DNA of 64,000 bases, from NCBI GenBank assembly GCA_963777605.1, contig CAVZRV010000027.1, forward strand, positions 416,001 to 480,000. Reading direction: 5' to 3'. Numbering within the stretch: the first letter of the stretch is position 1; every line of letters begins with the position of its first letter. Of the stretch, positions 29,249 through 38,882 are shown one piece after another. Under the pieces are notes generated by a model, which searched no databases, was not told the origin of the DNA, and was given only the letters and a program-made list of their open reading frames with translations. The position numbers and the translations under genes were made by a program. This DNA comes from an uncultured Acidobacteriota bacterium (GTDB lineage Bacteria > Acidobacteriota > UBA6911 > RPQK01 > JAPXNP01).

Positions 29249-30850
29249 ATGTTGAGCATTGTTGTTACGTGCAGGAACGACGACTACGGGGGTGGCTTCA
29301 GAGCCCGACTCTTCCGGTCGGTCAAACACAACAGCATCCTGCTGTCGAGATGCAGTCTGCAATTCGAGTACGTGATTTGCGAGTGGAACCCGCTTCCAGG
29401 TGAAGCGCTACTGTCCGATGATTTAGTAGAGACGTTTTCTTTCGCGAGAGCCATAGTCGTCCCGCCAGCGATTCACGAGTCCTACAATCTGAATCCGTCG
29501 ATGACATTTCACGAGGCCGCGGCAAAGAATGCCGGGATTCGGCGGGCACGTGGGGATTGGATCCTGGTAACCAACGCCGACATTCTCTTCGATGATGCTT
29601 TGGTGGGTAAACTCGGAGAAAATCTTGACGCCGGCACCTTCTATCGGGCCCACCGAATCGATGTGCCTTCGGATGCACCATGGCCGGACCTCAAGGAACC
29701 GTCTAAGCAACTTCCCTCTGGAGAGGGAAGGACGTGTCCGCCCTTCTACCTTGGGGCTGGAGGCGACTTCATGCTTGCCTCGAAAGAGGTCTGGATGAAG
29801 ACGTCAGGGCTCAACGAGGCCATCCGCTGGACTACGCGGGCAAAGGACTGGCAGTTTCTCCTTGGACTTGGCGCTCGAGGAATTCCAATCGAGTTCCTTG
29901 GCAATGTCTATCATCTGGATCACGAAGAAGGCTTTCGAAACGCACCCGCATCAACGCGGGATAACGCCGCTGCCCATTTCGGGGGATTGTGGGACTTTGA
30001 ATTTGGAGTACCCGTTCACAACCGACGCGCTTGGGGTCTGAACGAGTGCACTCACGAGGCCGGGAGTTCCAGGCGACTCGAGACCCTTAAGACCGACTGC
30101 CCCCTTTTCAGCGCTGATGAGCAGCACGAAGACCAACTGTGGCGGCAGTGGCTTCAGGCTTCAGACGACGCTCCCGACGAGTCTGGGCTGTGGCTCCTTT
30201 ACTCGATTCTGGCAACTGCGGTAAACAGGAGTCGCCTAGTCGTCCGCCCTCAGAATGGTCGTTCCGCCGTGGCGGCGGCAGGAACCGCGAGTGTGGCAAT
30301 CTCTGAAGGCCTTCCGGTCTTCTGTAAGTGGCACTGGCCTGTATGCACGTGGATGACCCTTCCTGCTTTTCAGAGCGAACCGATTCCCCTTCAGCCGACC
30401 GATTTGGTCCTGAGGGAGCGTAACGATTCGTGGGCACTCAAGTCCGCACAAGGAGACCCCCTGCCGCCACCGTTTCCGAGCAATCTTCCTCCGGAGTTAC
30501 CCCGCTTCAATCGTCTCCTGACGCGCCGCTTTCTCCGAGCACTACTCCGCTGCAGGGTTGCCGGGTTTCGAAGGATCGCACTCTTTGGCGCAGGTGGACA
30601 CACAAAAGAACTTCTCCGCTGGGGTCTGCCGGACTGGATTCAATGCCCCGCACTCCTTTCTACAACAGGGACGGAAGATCCAATTCGCGGGATCCCGATC
30701 ACACCCATTCGGGACTTCAATTTCGCTGCGGTCGATGCCATTCTTCTCTCTTCATTGTCCTACGAGGGAGAGATGCTCGAGGAACTCCATCAGCATGCTC
30801 CAGAAGCTAGAGTGCTCCCGCTGTATTCTGACTGGAAGGTCGATCGTTAG
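29249..30850 (+). CDS. GT2-like glycosyltransferase with C-terminal Rossmann-like module
   Basis: LSIVVTCRNDDYGG, EWNP, AKNAGIRRARGDWILVTNADILF, GGDFML, VYHLDH; ALFGAGGHT module. Confidence 0.82.
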   Translation: MLSIVVTCRNDDYGGGFRARLFRSVKHNSILLSRCSLQFEYVICEWNPLPGEALLSDDLVETFSFARAIVVPPAIHESYNLNPSMTFHEAAAKNAGIRRARGDWILVTNADILFDDALVGKLGENLDAGTFYRAHRIDVPSDAPWPDLKEPSKQLPSGEGRTCPPFYLGAGGDFMLASKEVWMKTSGLNEAIRWTTRAKDWQFLLGLGARGIPIEFLGNVYHLDHEEGFRNAPASTRDNAAAHFGGLWDFEFGVPVHNRRAWGLNECTHEAGSSRRLETLKTDCPLFSADEQHEDQLWRQWLQASDDAPDESGLWLLYSILATAVNRSRLVVRPQNGRSAVAAAGTASVAISEGLPVFCKWHWPVCTWMTLPAFQSEPIPLQPTDLVLRERNDSWALKSAQGDPLPPPFPSNLPPELPRFNRLLTRRFLRALLRCRVAGFRRIALFGAGGHTKELLRWGLPDWIQCPALLSTTGTEDPIRGIPITPIRDFNFAAVDAILLSSLSYEGEMLEELHQHAPEARVLPLYSDWKVDR

Positions 30851-30865
30851 CGACTGCGCTCTAAG

Positions 30866-32023
30866 ATGCCCGGCCCTGAATTCACCATTTTGATCCCGGC
30901 ACGGAATGCAGCCGCAACAATCGAGCGAGCAGTCCGCTCCGCGATAACTGAACCCGGAAGCCCTTCGGTCACTCTCGTCGATCATGCTTCATCAGACGAA
31001 ACCGTTTCGATCGCCCGCGACGCCGCTAAAGAACGCCTCACTATTATTCGAGCCCCGCAGCACCTTTCCCTGGGAGCAGTTCGGCAGATGGCGCTGGACT
31101 CCTTAGCGACGGCCTTTGGCGTCTGGCTCGACTCGGACGACGAACTGATCCCGGGACGCTCTCTCCAACTCTGTCAAGCCTTGATCAGGCAAGGGGCGGA
31201 CATTGCCTATGATGAGATTAATCTCCATGAAGGTCAGACTGGAGAATTTCTTAAGCGCCTTAAGATTCCCTCATTCCTACAAGGCTCTAAGGACATGATT
31301 CGCAACTTCGGCCGCAACTACATTCCTGGACTCGGTGTACCGGCCTTCCGTACCGAATGCGCTCGATCGATAGGATTTGACCCGAGTTTTCATGGCGCCG
31401 AGGATTACGACTTCTTGCTACGAGCCGTTATCACACGGCATAAGTTTTGTCTAGTTCGGAGTGCCGGATACCGCCAATTCTCTTATCATAATAGCATATC
31501 CAGGAATATTGATAATCAACGCTACATGTGCGCACGTGCCTTACGCAAGCACAATCCCCATCTCGTAAGGAGACGCCTGTCTGAATCAGGAATTGACCTT
31601 CTACAATCTACTTGGACGTTTATTGAATTCCTTATCTCGAGGGGCGATTACCAGAAGGCTCTTGAAGAATTAGAAGCGTTGGAAAAATTCTCCATACAAG
31701 AAGGAGATCAGAAAGAGATTTGGAGGCGGAGATTTCAAGAAGGTACAATTCACCTCCTACTCGGAAACAGAACGGAATCCTTGGCGAAATTGAGCGAAGC
31801 CTCTGCGGCATTGATCCGACCAGAAAGTCTAAATAACCTTGGCGTCAACCTTGTCACTGAGGGCGCAAATTCACAAGCAGAGAAATGTTTTAATTCTGCC
31901 CTTGAACTGAGCCCCAATTACCATGACGCAATGCTGAACAAGCACAAGATATCCCCTCCAAGAATCACGGCTCTTCCCTTGCGCGATTTTCCATCGCGCA
32001 ATAATTATAAAACTTCAGAATAA
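30866..32023 (+). CDS. GT2 glycosyltransferase with C-terminal TPR repeats
   Basis: TILIPARNAAATIERAVRS, VDHASSD, WLDSDDE, AEDYDF; SLNNLGV...AEKCFNSALELSPNYHDAMLN. Confidence 0.85.
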   Translation: MPGPEFTILIPARNAAATIERAVRSAITEPGSPSVTLVDHASSDETVSIARDAAKERLTIIRAPQHLSLGAVRQMALDSLATAFGVWLDSDDELIPGRSLQLCQALIRQGADIAYDEINLHEGQTGEFLKRLKIPSFLQGSKDMIRNFGRNYIPGLGVPAFRTECARSIGFDPSFHGAEDYDFLLRAVITRHKFCLVRSAGYRQFSYHNSISRNIDNQRYMCARALRKHNPHLVRRRLSESGIDLLQSTWTFIEFLISRGDYQKALEELEALEKFSIQEGDQKEIWRRRFQEGTIHLLLGNRTESLAKLSEASAALIRPESLNNLGVNLVTEGANSQAEKCFNSALELSPNYHDAMLNKHKISPPRITALPLRDFPSRNNYKTSE

Positions 32024-32139
32024 TCCAAAGTTTAGCTTTCGGTTTTTCTTGGGTTTTTACACTCTATGGAAATTCTTAATTGATCACGCATTTCAGGAGT
32101 CGTGGTCATTCAATCTGTCCTCGCCTAAGGAGAATTCAG

Positions 32140-32913
32140 TTGGCATCCTCAATTGAAGAGCTCAATCAGAGCTTCAGACAAGAATATTTAAAGGAGAGCT
32201 TTCTGATTTCGTCAGTGCCGAAATGCGGGACGATGTTATTGCGCAACATATTGGTAATGTTTGTTCCATTGGAACAGATTCACTGGCCATTCTTGAGTCA
32301 AGGAGATCTCGCGTCGGCTTTTGAGATAGCGCAACCAAATTTTTTTACCGGACATATTAACCGGACACCGCACACAATTCTAGTCCTCAAGAATGTTAGA
32401 CAACTGGTTCTTATTCGGGATCCGCGAGAATACGTAATGGCATACTCTCGCTTTCTTTTCTCACCTGAAATCAAAGAGACCTGTGCGTTGGCGGCGTATG
32501 CACAACATTATGGCCTCAGCCTCGGCGACCTGATACCGTGTGTCATAAAAGGATGGAGGCTTGAATTTGGTGAATTAAGAGAAGATCATCCTTCAGTTGC
32601 GGTGATGTTTATTACCCATGCGCTGGCCTGGACGGGTAATGCCTACTTGGTAAGATATGAGCAGTTATGCCATGCGGTCAGCGACCTCAATTCAGAATTT
32701 AGCCAGCAGTATTTCAGATCTCTGCTCGCTGCGTGTGGAATTCAGATGCCTGAAGATTGGAAGAAGAGAGTCGAGGTCGGGTCAGACCGCGCAATTAGTT
32801 CCACAGCGTCGGAACGGTTTTCGGTACCGGGAAATCGGCAACACCTTACAGAAAGAGAACTTACTCTACTTAACGCAGCAGCACCCGGATTGCTTGACGC
32901 TTTGGGCTACTAA
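32140..32913 (+). CDS. Sulfotransferase-domain protein
   Basis: SSVPKCGTMLLRNIL (5'-PSB loop), LIRDPREYVMAY (3'-PB-like), VRYEQL; AAGGAG RBS before TTG 32140. Confidence 0.75.
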   Translation: MASSIEELNQSFRQEYLKESFLISSVPKCGTMLLRNILVMFVPLEQIHWPFLSQGDLASAFEIAQPNFFTGHINRTPHTILVLKNVRQLVLIRDPREYVMAYSRFLFSPEIKETCALAAYAQHYGLSLGDLIPCVIKGWRLEFGELREDHPSVAVMFITHALAWTGNAYLVRYEQLCHAVSDLNSEFSQQYFRSLLAACGIQMPEDWKKRVEVGSDRAISSTASERFSVPGNRQHLTERELTLLNAAAPGLLDALGY

Positions 32914-32937
32914 TGTCGTTCGTCCGTCGATAGATCT

Positions 32938-33420
32938 TCACCGCCGCGACTCGGTCTGCGCTACCTGCGCCGTCACGTCCATTCCCCTCACTTCTTTGAC
33001 AAGGCCCGGTCCGCTCCCAACGTGATCCAGTTTCCCGTCGAGATCGCTCCGATCATTCGGACCGCGACTCGCGTTCTTGGGATTCCCGGCTACGGCTGAC
33101 TCGGCGAGCGACGGCCAAGCCGTCCCGGTCAGACCCATCAAGCACAAGCCCCAGGAACGAGAGCTTCAATTCCATCCCTTTGCCCTTCCGGAACATCCGA
33201 GCTTGCGGGTCGGTCATCGGCCGGTGCGTGTCGTTGCCCCACCTCTCACCGCGGAAGTTCACTCTCGGCCTACGCCCACTGCCCGCCGAATCGGGCTCCC
33301 TTGCCTCTTTCGATTCTTCTCCCTGACGCCGGCAGTCTTTCGTTCCGGCCCATGCCTCGACCAGCATGCCGTTTCGAAACCACTCCCACCTCAGATTGGC
33401 TCGAGCTTCTCAGCAGCCAG
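32938..33420 (-). mobile_element. Degraded IS5-family transposase fragment with one terminal-repeat-like end
   Basis: LVEAWAGTK...NFRGERWGNDTHRPMTDPQARMFRKGKGMELKLSFLG resembles the IS5-family FxGExRxNxTHxSxTDPDAxLxRKG motif; GGCTGCTGAGAA end at ~33408-33419. Confidence 0.75.
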
Positions 33421-33442
33421 CCTGCCTTCTGCATTGAACCCC

Positions 33443-35636
33443 TTACCAGTCCAGCGCCTCCTCCTCGCAAATGATAGCAGCGACATCCGAGGCCTCCGCG
33501 ACCAACGATACCCTCCTAGCCTGAAGGTCTTCCAGCCGGATAGAAGCCGATCCCCGATCACCACCATAATGCGTCATAAAGAGGCCCATCACTTGGGCGA
33601 CGCCTTCCGGCCGGACCGATCGAACATCTTCATGAAAAAATTCGCCCCTAGAATAGCTCCCAGTGATTATCTCAAAGGACGGAAAATAATCCACATTATC
33701 ATTCGAACGAGTCACTTCATCTGCAGCAACCCTGAGCACCGATTTGCTGTAGGTGGTGGAACACAGAACGTGTCGATTCTCATAGGTCGCCGTCAGGGAG
33801 ACAGGAGAAACCGTAAGTATCATCTTGGCGCAGGGATTGACAGCGTGCAATTGCCCAATGAAGCTCTGTAAATCGGATCTCACATCTTCTACCTTAAGAT
33901 TGACAAACTCATATTGTGAAAAGTCCATTCTCCCAGCTACTACACCTGGAGCCAATGGAAATACGGCTCCATCCGTTTTACTGCGCCACACCTCAGTCAG
34001 ACCCAGCGTGAAAACGAAGACCTCCAGCTCTTGAAACATCTTTCTCACTGCTTGCAAATGTGACCTTCTCGACTGCAGTAATGCCCGGGAATCGCTAAAT
34101 CCGGCAGGTTCCACTTGCGGTCGAAAAGGATCCACAAGCGTCCCATCGTCCCGTTCCCACGCGCCTTCTGCAGGGGTAAACCGCTCAAATGCACGGTCGA
34201 AAAGCTGCAACAACTGCCTTGACGAGTAGATATTTCCGTATCTCGCCGAATAGACACGAAAGTTTCTCTCCAATGCATCCGGCTCTGAAGAATCCTCCGT
34301 AATGAAGTAATTGAATCCGTTTCTGACTAAGCGCTCTCGAAATGTGCTGAGCAAAGCAGCTTCCCGCGGTAGAAACCTTATCCTCTTTCGCGATGTTGAA
34401 GCGAGGATTTGTGACGGGATCAACCTGCTCAATCGGCAGAGATGAAACGCTTCTCCGCCAAAACTGATAATCGGCGAGACCCTTGTACGGATTCAGGACC
34501 GATTCTTTGGCCGTATCTGAGAGCACATTTCTCTCACTTGACGAGCAAGAACCTCGGCCTTTATAGAGCTCACTGAATTTCCGGAATCGCTCAGCTTCAA
34601 CGATGGAGAATTTCGCTTCATCAGGCCGAGCATCGGAAAACTGTCTATATTGCAGTTCAATGAACCGATCTAGACCGTACCCCAATCTTTGTCTCTTATC
34701 AAACTCCAGGAATGTTATATCATGAAGAGAATTGAATGATTTAAGCTTAAAGTAGTAATCACTTTCAAATCCGTGTCTTAACGCGATCTCAGGATAGGGA
34801 CACCAGGAGGCTCCATTCGAATGGATGTCAAAGATATACTCTCCTTTCTGAGAATCGTGCTTTATGTTCTCTTTGGCCAGGAAAGCTCTTGCTATATCGA
34901 CAAGGAACTGAAATTTCGGATGATTGATCGAGTGCATGAAACACTCTTTCTTTGAGATCCATCGTTCAAGGATCGGACTTAATGGCAGCTTTGCTAGCAT
35001 TGCCTCGCGGCCAATATACCTTCGATCAGTACTATCCGCGTCGTAATATGCGAGAAGGTTGAATGTTCTCTCATTGTAAGCTGCCAGCGCCTCAGAAGGA
35101 GAGAGTCCCAGGATGAATGAGAAAGCTGCTATTCTTGAATTGTAGTCCCCGATCAGTTGGCCAGATTTCGCGCGTAAATAGACCATGTCCGGGTGAAACA
35201 TTGTTATAATTATATTGGGGAGTAGCCGGAGTCTTTCACTTGGTATATCAAAATGAGCGATCAGTTCTTCTGCGAAGGAGGAGTACCCATTTACAACACA
35301 GACCAGCTTTGCGTTGCTAAGTATGTGGGCTATGAAAAGTTCTCCACTTAGTATTTCTTCCTTCTTCTGCGAAGTTAGTTCGATCGATGTGCAACGCAGC
35401 GAGGTCATGGTTTCGATGATTCTCGCGTAGGCCGCGGCTTGACAGTTTCCAAGAATGAAAATATCTATATTGGATTCGTGCGCTCTATGCTTATGCTCTG
35501 AGGACCCTAGGAGCGCTCTCTTCAATTGAGAACTATCCAGCATAAGCATTTCCATGATCGCATCTTCAGATTCTGGAAGTCGGCCTAAGTACATCCGATA
35601 CGCCTTAATGACGTTTTCGCGGTTTACCTTGATCAT
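33443..35636 (-). CDS. WcbI-like domain fused to GSCFA (SGNH-like) domain; frameshift ~34330
   Basis: ILGNCQA...FHPD.VY...FMHSINHP (WcbI); TAGSCFAQHI, YSARYGNIY, FVFTLGLTEVW, ILTVSPV.L.AT, SKSVLR, YFPSFEII (GSCFA). Confidence 0.85.
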
Positions 35637-35706
35637 TCGAGCGAAACACCTCTCTCTGTGTGCGATTAGAATAACTCGAATTACTGCTGTTAGCGCACGG
35701 ACCTAA

Positions 35707-36009
35707 TTAATGGTTTCTGAGCATCGGATGTATCCCGGGCCCTAACAGGGCGATGACAAACGGTATCCCGAGAGTGTCCCAGACGACTCCTCTCGTCGTT
35801 TTGAGGTCGCATCCGTAGCCGTTGATCCCGAACGCAAACTCGCAACCTTCCCTGATGTCTGCTTCGAGTGGACGGCCATAGGCGGAATCGAGCAGATCGA
35901 TCACGGTCGCGCGATGTTCGAGTTGCCGAAATCCCTCAGCGATATCATCACTGAACACCCGGAGCGTGGAATAGAGGAAACCGCCTTTCAGCACGATGAG
36001 GTTCGCCAT
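35707..36009 (-). pseudogene. Probable N-terminal fragment of a glycosyltransferase
   Basis: Y.TLRVFSDDIAEGFRQL.H...IDL...FAFGING...WDTLGIPFV, then an abrupt end at a composition break. Confidence 0.45.
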
Positions 36010-36262
36010 CGCAGCTCAGCTTAACCGATCAGGCGACTGGTTGCGAGCAGGTGCCGACTCAGGCACATTCTTCGCGAAAACACCTTGAAACGTCTTTCGG
36101 AGAATGCTCGCGATCAAGGTCGGGTGGGAAATGCCACAAGCATGGGCCTCAACCTTGACAACACGGAAACGCGCCGAGTAATTCGTACATCGTGTGTCGC
36201 TTGTCAACACAAATGGCCACGTCTATCTGGGCGGGAAGTCGGAAGACCGATAGGAGCACAAG

Positions 36263-37375
36263 TTGAGTCAGCGCATCTTGATTGTGGGAGCCGGGTTCTT
36301 TGGGGCGGTTTGTGCCCGGGAGTTGGTGGATGCCGGGTGCGCGGTGCTGGTTTTGGAGGAGCGGGAGCACCTCGGGGGGAACTGCTTCACGGCGTATCAC
36401 CCGGAGGCGGACTGTCACCAGCACGTTTATGGCCCCCACATTTTCCACACCAACGACACCGCGGTCTGGGCGTATGTCAACCGGTTCGCCGAGTTCAACA
36501 ATTTCATCAACCGGCCGCGGGTCTCCTGCCAGGAGCGGATTTACTCCTTCCCGATCAACCTCTTCACCATGTACCAGGTGTTCGGGGTCAAGACGCCGGC
36601 GGAGGCGAGAGCCCGCATCGAGCAGGAGCGGGTTCCGATCGAGAAACCGGGGAATCTGGAGGAGTGGTGCCTGTCCCAGATCGGGCCGACCCTGTACGAG
36701 CTGTTCATCCGCGGGTACACTGCCAAGCAGTGGCAGACCGATCCCAGGAAACTCCCTACTTCCATCGTCCGGCGACTGCCGCTTCGGTTCACCTTTGAGG
36801 ACAACCACTACCGGGACCGCTTTCAGGGAATCCCCATCGGCGGCTACACCCGGATCTTCGAACGGCTGCTCGAGGACATTCCGGTGGAATATGGGGTGAA
36901 CTTTCTCGAGGACCGGGACGTCTGGATAGGGCGATTCGACCACACCATCTACACGGGGGCCCTCGACCGATTTTTCGACTTTTCTCACGGGGATCTCGAG
37001 TACCGCTCGCTGCGATTCGAATCGGAGATGCTGGCGATGAACGACTTTCAGGGCAACGCCATCATCAACTACACCGACGAGACGGTTCCCTACACCCGGA
37101 TCGTCGAGCACAAGCACTTCGACCAGTCGCTTTCGGCCCCGAAAACCCTGATCACCCGGGAATACTCCGTGACCTGGAACCGGCAACTGATCCCCTATTA
37201 CCCGGTCAACACAGAGGACAACCAGGCACGATACCGGCGCTACAGAGATGAACTGGAGCAGTTGAAGCTCCCGATGAGCATCGGGGGACGGCTGGCCGAG
37301 TACCGGCACTACGACATGCACCAGGTCATCGCGGGGGCGCTCAAGTTGTCGGCATCGCTGCTCGGGCGGAGTTGA
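36263..37375 (+). CDS. glf: UDP-galactopyranose mutase family
   Basis: IVGAGFFGAVCA, HLGGNC, YGPHIFHT, YSFPINL, GYTAKQW, FQGIPIGGYT, LEYRSLRFE, YTRIVEHKHF, PYYP, GRLAEYRHYDM. Confidence 0.95.
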   Translation: MSQRILIVGAGFFGAVCARELVDAGCAVLVLEEREHLGGNCFTAYHPEADCHQHVYGPHIFHTNDTAVWAYVNRFAEFNNFINRPRVSCQERIYSFPINLFTMYQVFGVKTPAEARARIEQERVPIEKPGNLEEWCLSQIGPTLYELFIRGYTAKQWQTDPRKLPTSIVRRLPLRFTFEDNHYRDRFQGIPIGGYTRIFERLLEDIPVEYGVNFLEDRDVWIGRFDHTIYTGALDRFFDFSHGDLEYRSLRFESEMLAMNDFQGNAIINYTDETVPYTRIVEHKHFDQSLSAPKTLITREYSVTWNRQLIPYYPVNTEDNQARYRRYRDELEQLKLPMSIGGRLAEYRHYDMHQVIAGALKLSASLLGRS

Positions 37376-37459
37376 AACAGCTCGAAAATCGATCCAACAA
37401 CCCGAAAGCCAACCAATTCACAATTACAGAATCACAGATAGAATATTCACAGAGGTGAT

Positions 37460-37561
37460 GTCGTCCCGCTCGGGCGGGACTCGATACCTGGGTTGCCGGT
37501 CAACCCAGGATTCCGCTGCGCTTCATCCTGCGCGATTCCATTCCACCCCGCAAGCGGGGTT
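37460..37561. repeat. REP-like multi-hairpin element between convergent glf and pseI
   Basis: GTCCCGCTCGGGCGGGAC, CCTGGGTTG...CAACCCAGG and ACCCCGCAAGCGGGGT hairpins. Confidence 0.65.
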
Positions 37562-37625
37562 GTTTCCCTGTTCCTGCCCTTGACCAAAACCCAAGACTGC
37601 TGAAAGCCGAAAACGTGCTCGGTGG

Positions 37626-38696
37626 TCAGTCATCCCGAAGGGGTCTTGGAGAATTCGATGAGGTCTGGAGAGCTTTCCCCAATATCTCTTTCCACCGTGA
37701 CGGCGACAGGCCTCCGGCGGGGCGGATGGAGCGAACGTTTTCCGAGGTGATGGTTTCTCCAGCCTGGACCGGCTTTACCACCCACAGCGACCGGCGGAAG
37801 TGCAGGCTTTGGGTTTCGCTGGGCGTCGGGGAGAAGGCCGCTCTTCCCAAGGCAGCTTCGGTTGTTCGAACCGCCTTGACTGTCTCCCGGAATGAGGCGG
37901 GGTCGAGAGAGAAACCGGCGTCGATTCCCTGCCCCGATTCCAGAGTCAGGTGCTTTTCCAGGAGGCTGGCTCCCAGGGTGACGGCGGCGATCGTCGCCAG
38001 TGAATCGCACGAATGATCGGAAAGGCCGGTCGGGCAGCCGAACCGGCTGAATAGTTCGGGAATTGCCCTGAGATTCATCTCTTCCGGCGGCGCCGGATAG
38101 GCACTGGTGCACTTCAGGAGCACTCGTTCGCGGCAACCGCCGACTCGGGCCGACTCGACGGCAGACTCGATCTCCTCCAGGGTTGCCATCCCGGTTGAGA
38201 TGATCAGCGGTATGCCGGTTTGAGCCGCATACTCGATCAGCGGAGTATCCACCAGTTCAAATGACGAGATCTTAATTGCGGGCACATCGAGCTGAGCCAG
38301 GAAATCGACCGAGGTCAGGTCGTAGGCAGTCGAGAAGAAAACGAGGCCCAGATCTTCAGCGATCTTCTTGAGCTCGGGTTGCCATTCCCAGGGCATGTAG
38401 GCTTGTCGGTAGAGTTCGTAGAGTCCTTTTCCCTCCCAGAGCGAGCCGGGGCCGTGGCGAAATTCGGGACCATCCGAGTCGATGGTCAGAGTGTCGGGCG
38501 TGTAGGTCTGGACCTTGATCGCGTCGGCGCCAGCGTCTTTGGCAGCATGGATGATGGCAACGGCACGGTTGAAATCCTGCCCGTGGTTGGCCGACATCTC
38601 GGCAACAACAAAAACCGGTTGTCCGGGGCCGACCAGGCGGTCGCCGATCGTAACCGGCAGGATTGAATGGGTGTTGTCAGAGTTCTGGTTTGCCAT
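37626..38696 (-). CDS. pseI: Pseudaminic acid synthase
   Basis: FVVAEMSANH, GADAIKVQTYTPDTLT, MPWEWQPEL, KISSFELVD, LKCTSAYPAP, GLSDHS, EKHLTL, FRRSL...NVRSIRP..GL.P. Confidence 0.93.
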   Translation of the reverse strand: MANQNSDNTHSILPVTIGDRLVGPGQPVFVVAEMSANHGQDFNRAVAIIHAAKDAGADAIKVQTYTPDTLTIDSDGPEFRHGPGSLWEGKGLYELYRQAYMPWEWQPELKKIAEDLGLVFFSTAYDLTSVDFLAQLDVPAIKISSFELVDTPLIEYAAQTGIPLIISTGMATLEEIESAVESARVGGCRERVLLKCTSAYPAPPEEMNLRAIPELFSRFGCPTGLSDHSCDSLATIAAVTLGASLLEKHLTLESGQGIDAGFSLDPASFRETVKAVRTTEAALGRAAFSPTPSETQSLHFRRSLWVVKPVQAGETITSENVRSIRPAGGLSPSRWKEILGKALQTSSNSPRPLRDD

Positions 38697-38760
38697 GAGC
38701 TGATCCCAAATTGAAGAACTCTATAAGCCAGATCTTCAACTGCTGTTCCAGGAGCAGAAT

Positions 38761-38811
38761 TCGCCGGGCAAGCTGCCCGGCCACCATTCCAGGCACGGCT
38801 GCCTGGATTAC
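38761..38811 (-). repeat. Double-hairpin palindromic element, copy B (inverted relative to 14435-14486)
   Basis: Reverse complement reads GTAATCCAGGCAGCCGTGCCTGG...CCGGGCAGCTTGCCCGGCGA. Confidence 0.8.
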
Positions 38812-38882
38812 ACCGCACCCAACCGCGCCAGTTCCTCCAGTTTTTCCAAGCCATCCAAGGTTGAAGTTTCCGCTCAGCCTTT

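Noticed and set aside
33077-33871. 264-aa plus-strand ORF
   Set aside because: Overlaps the IS remnant and the GSCFA gene on the opposite strand; no motifs.
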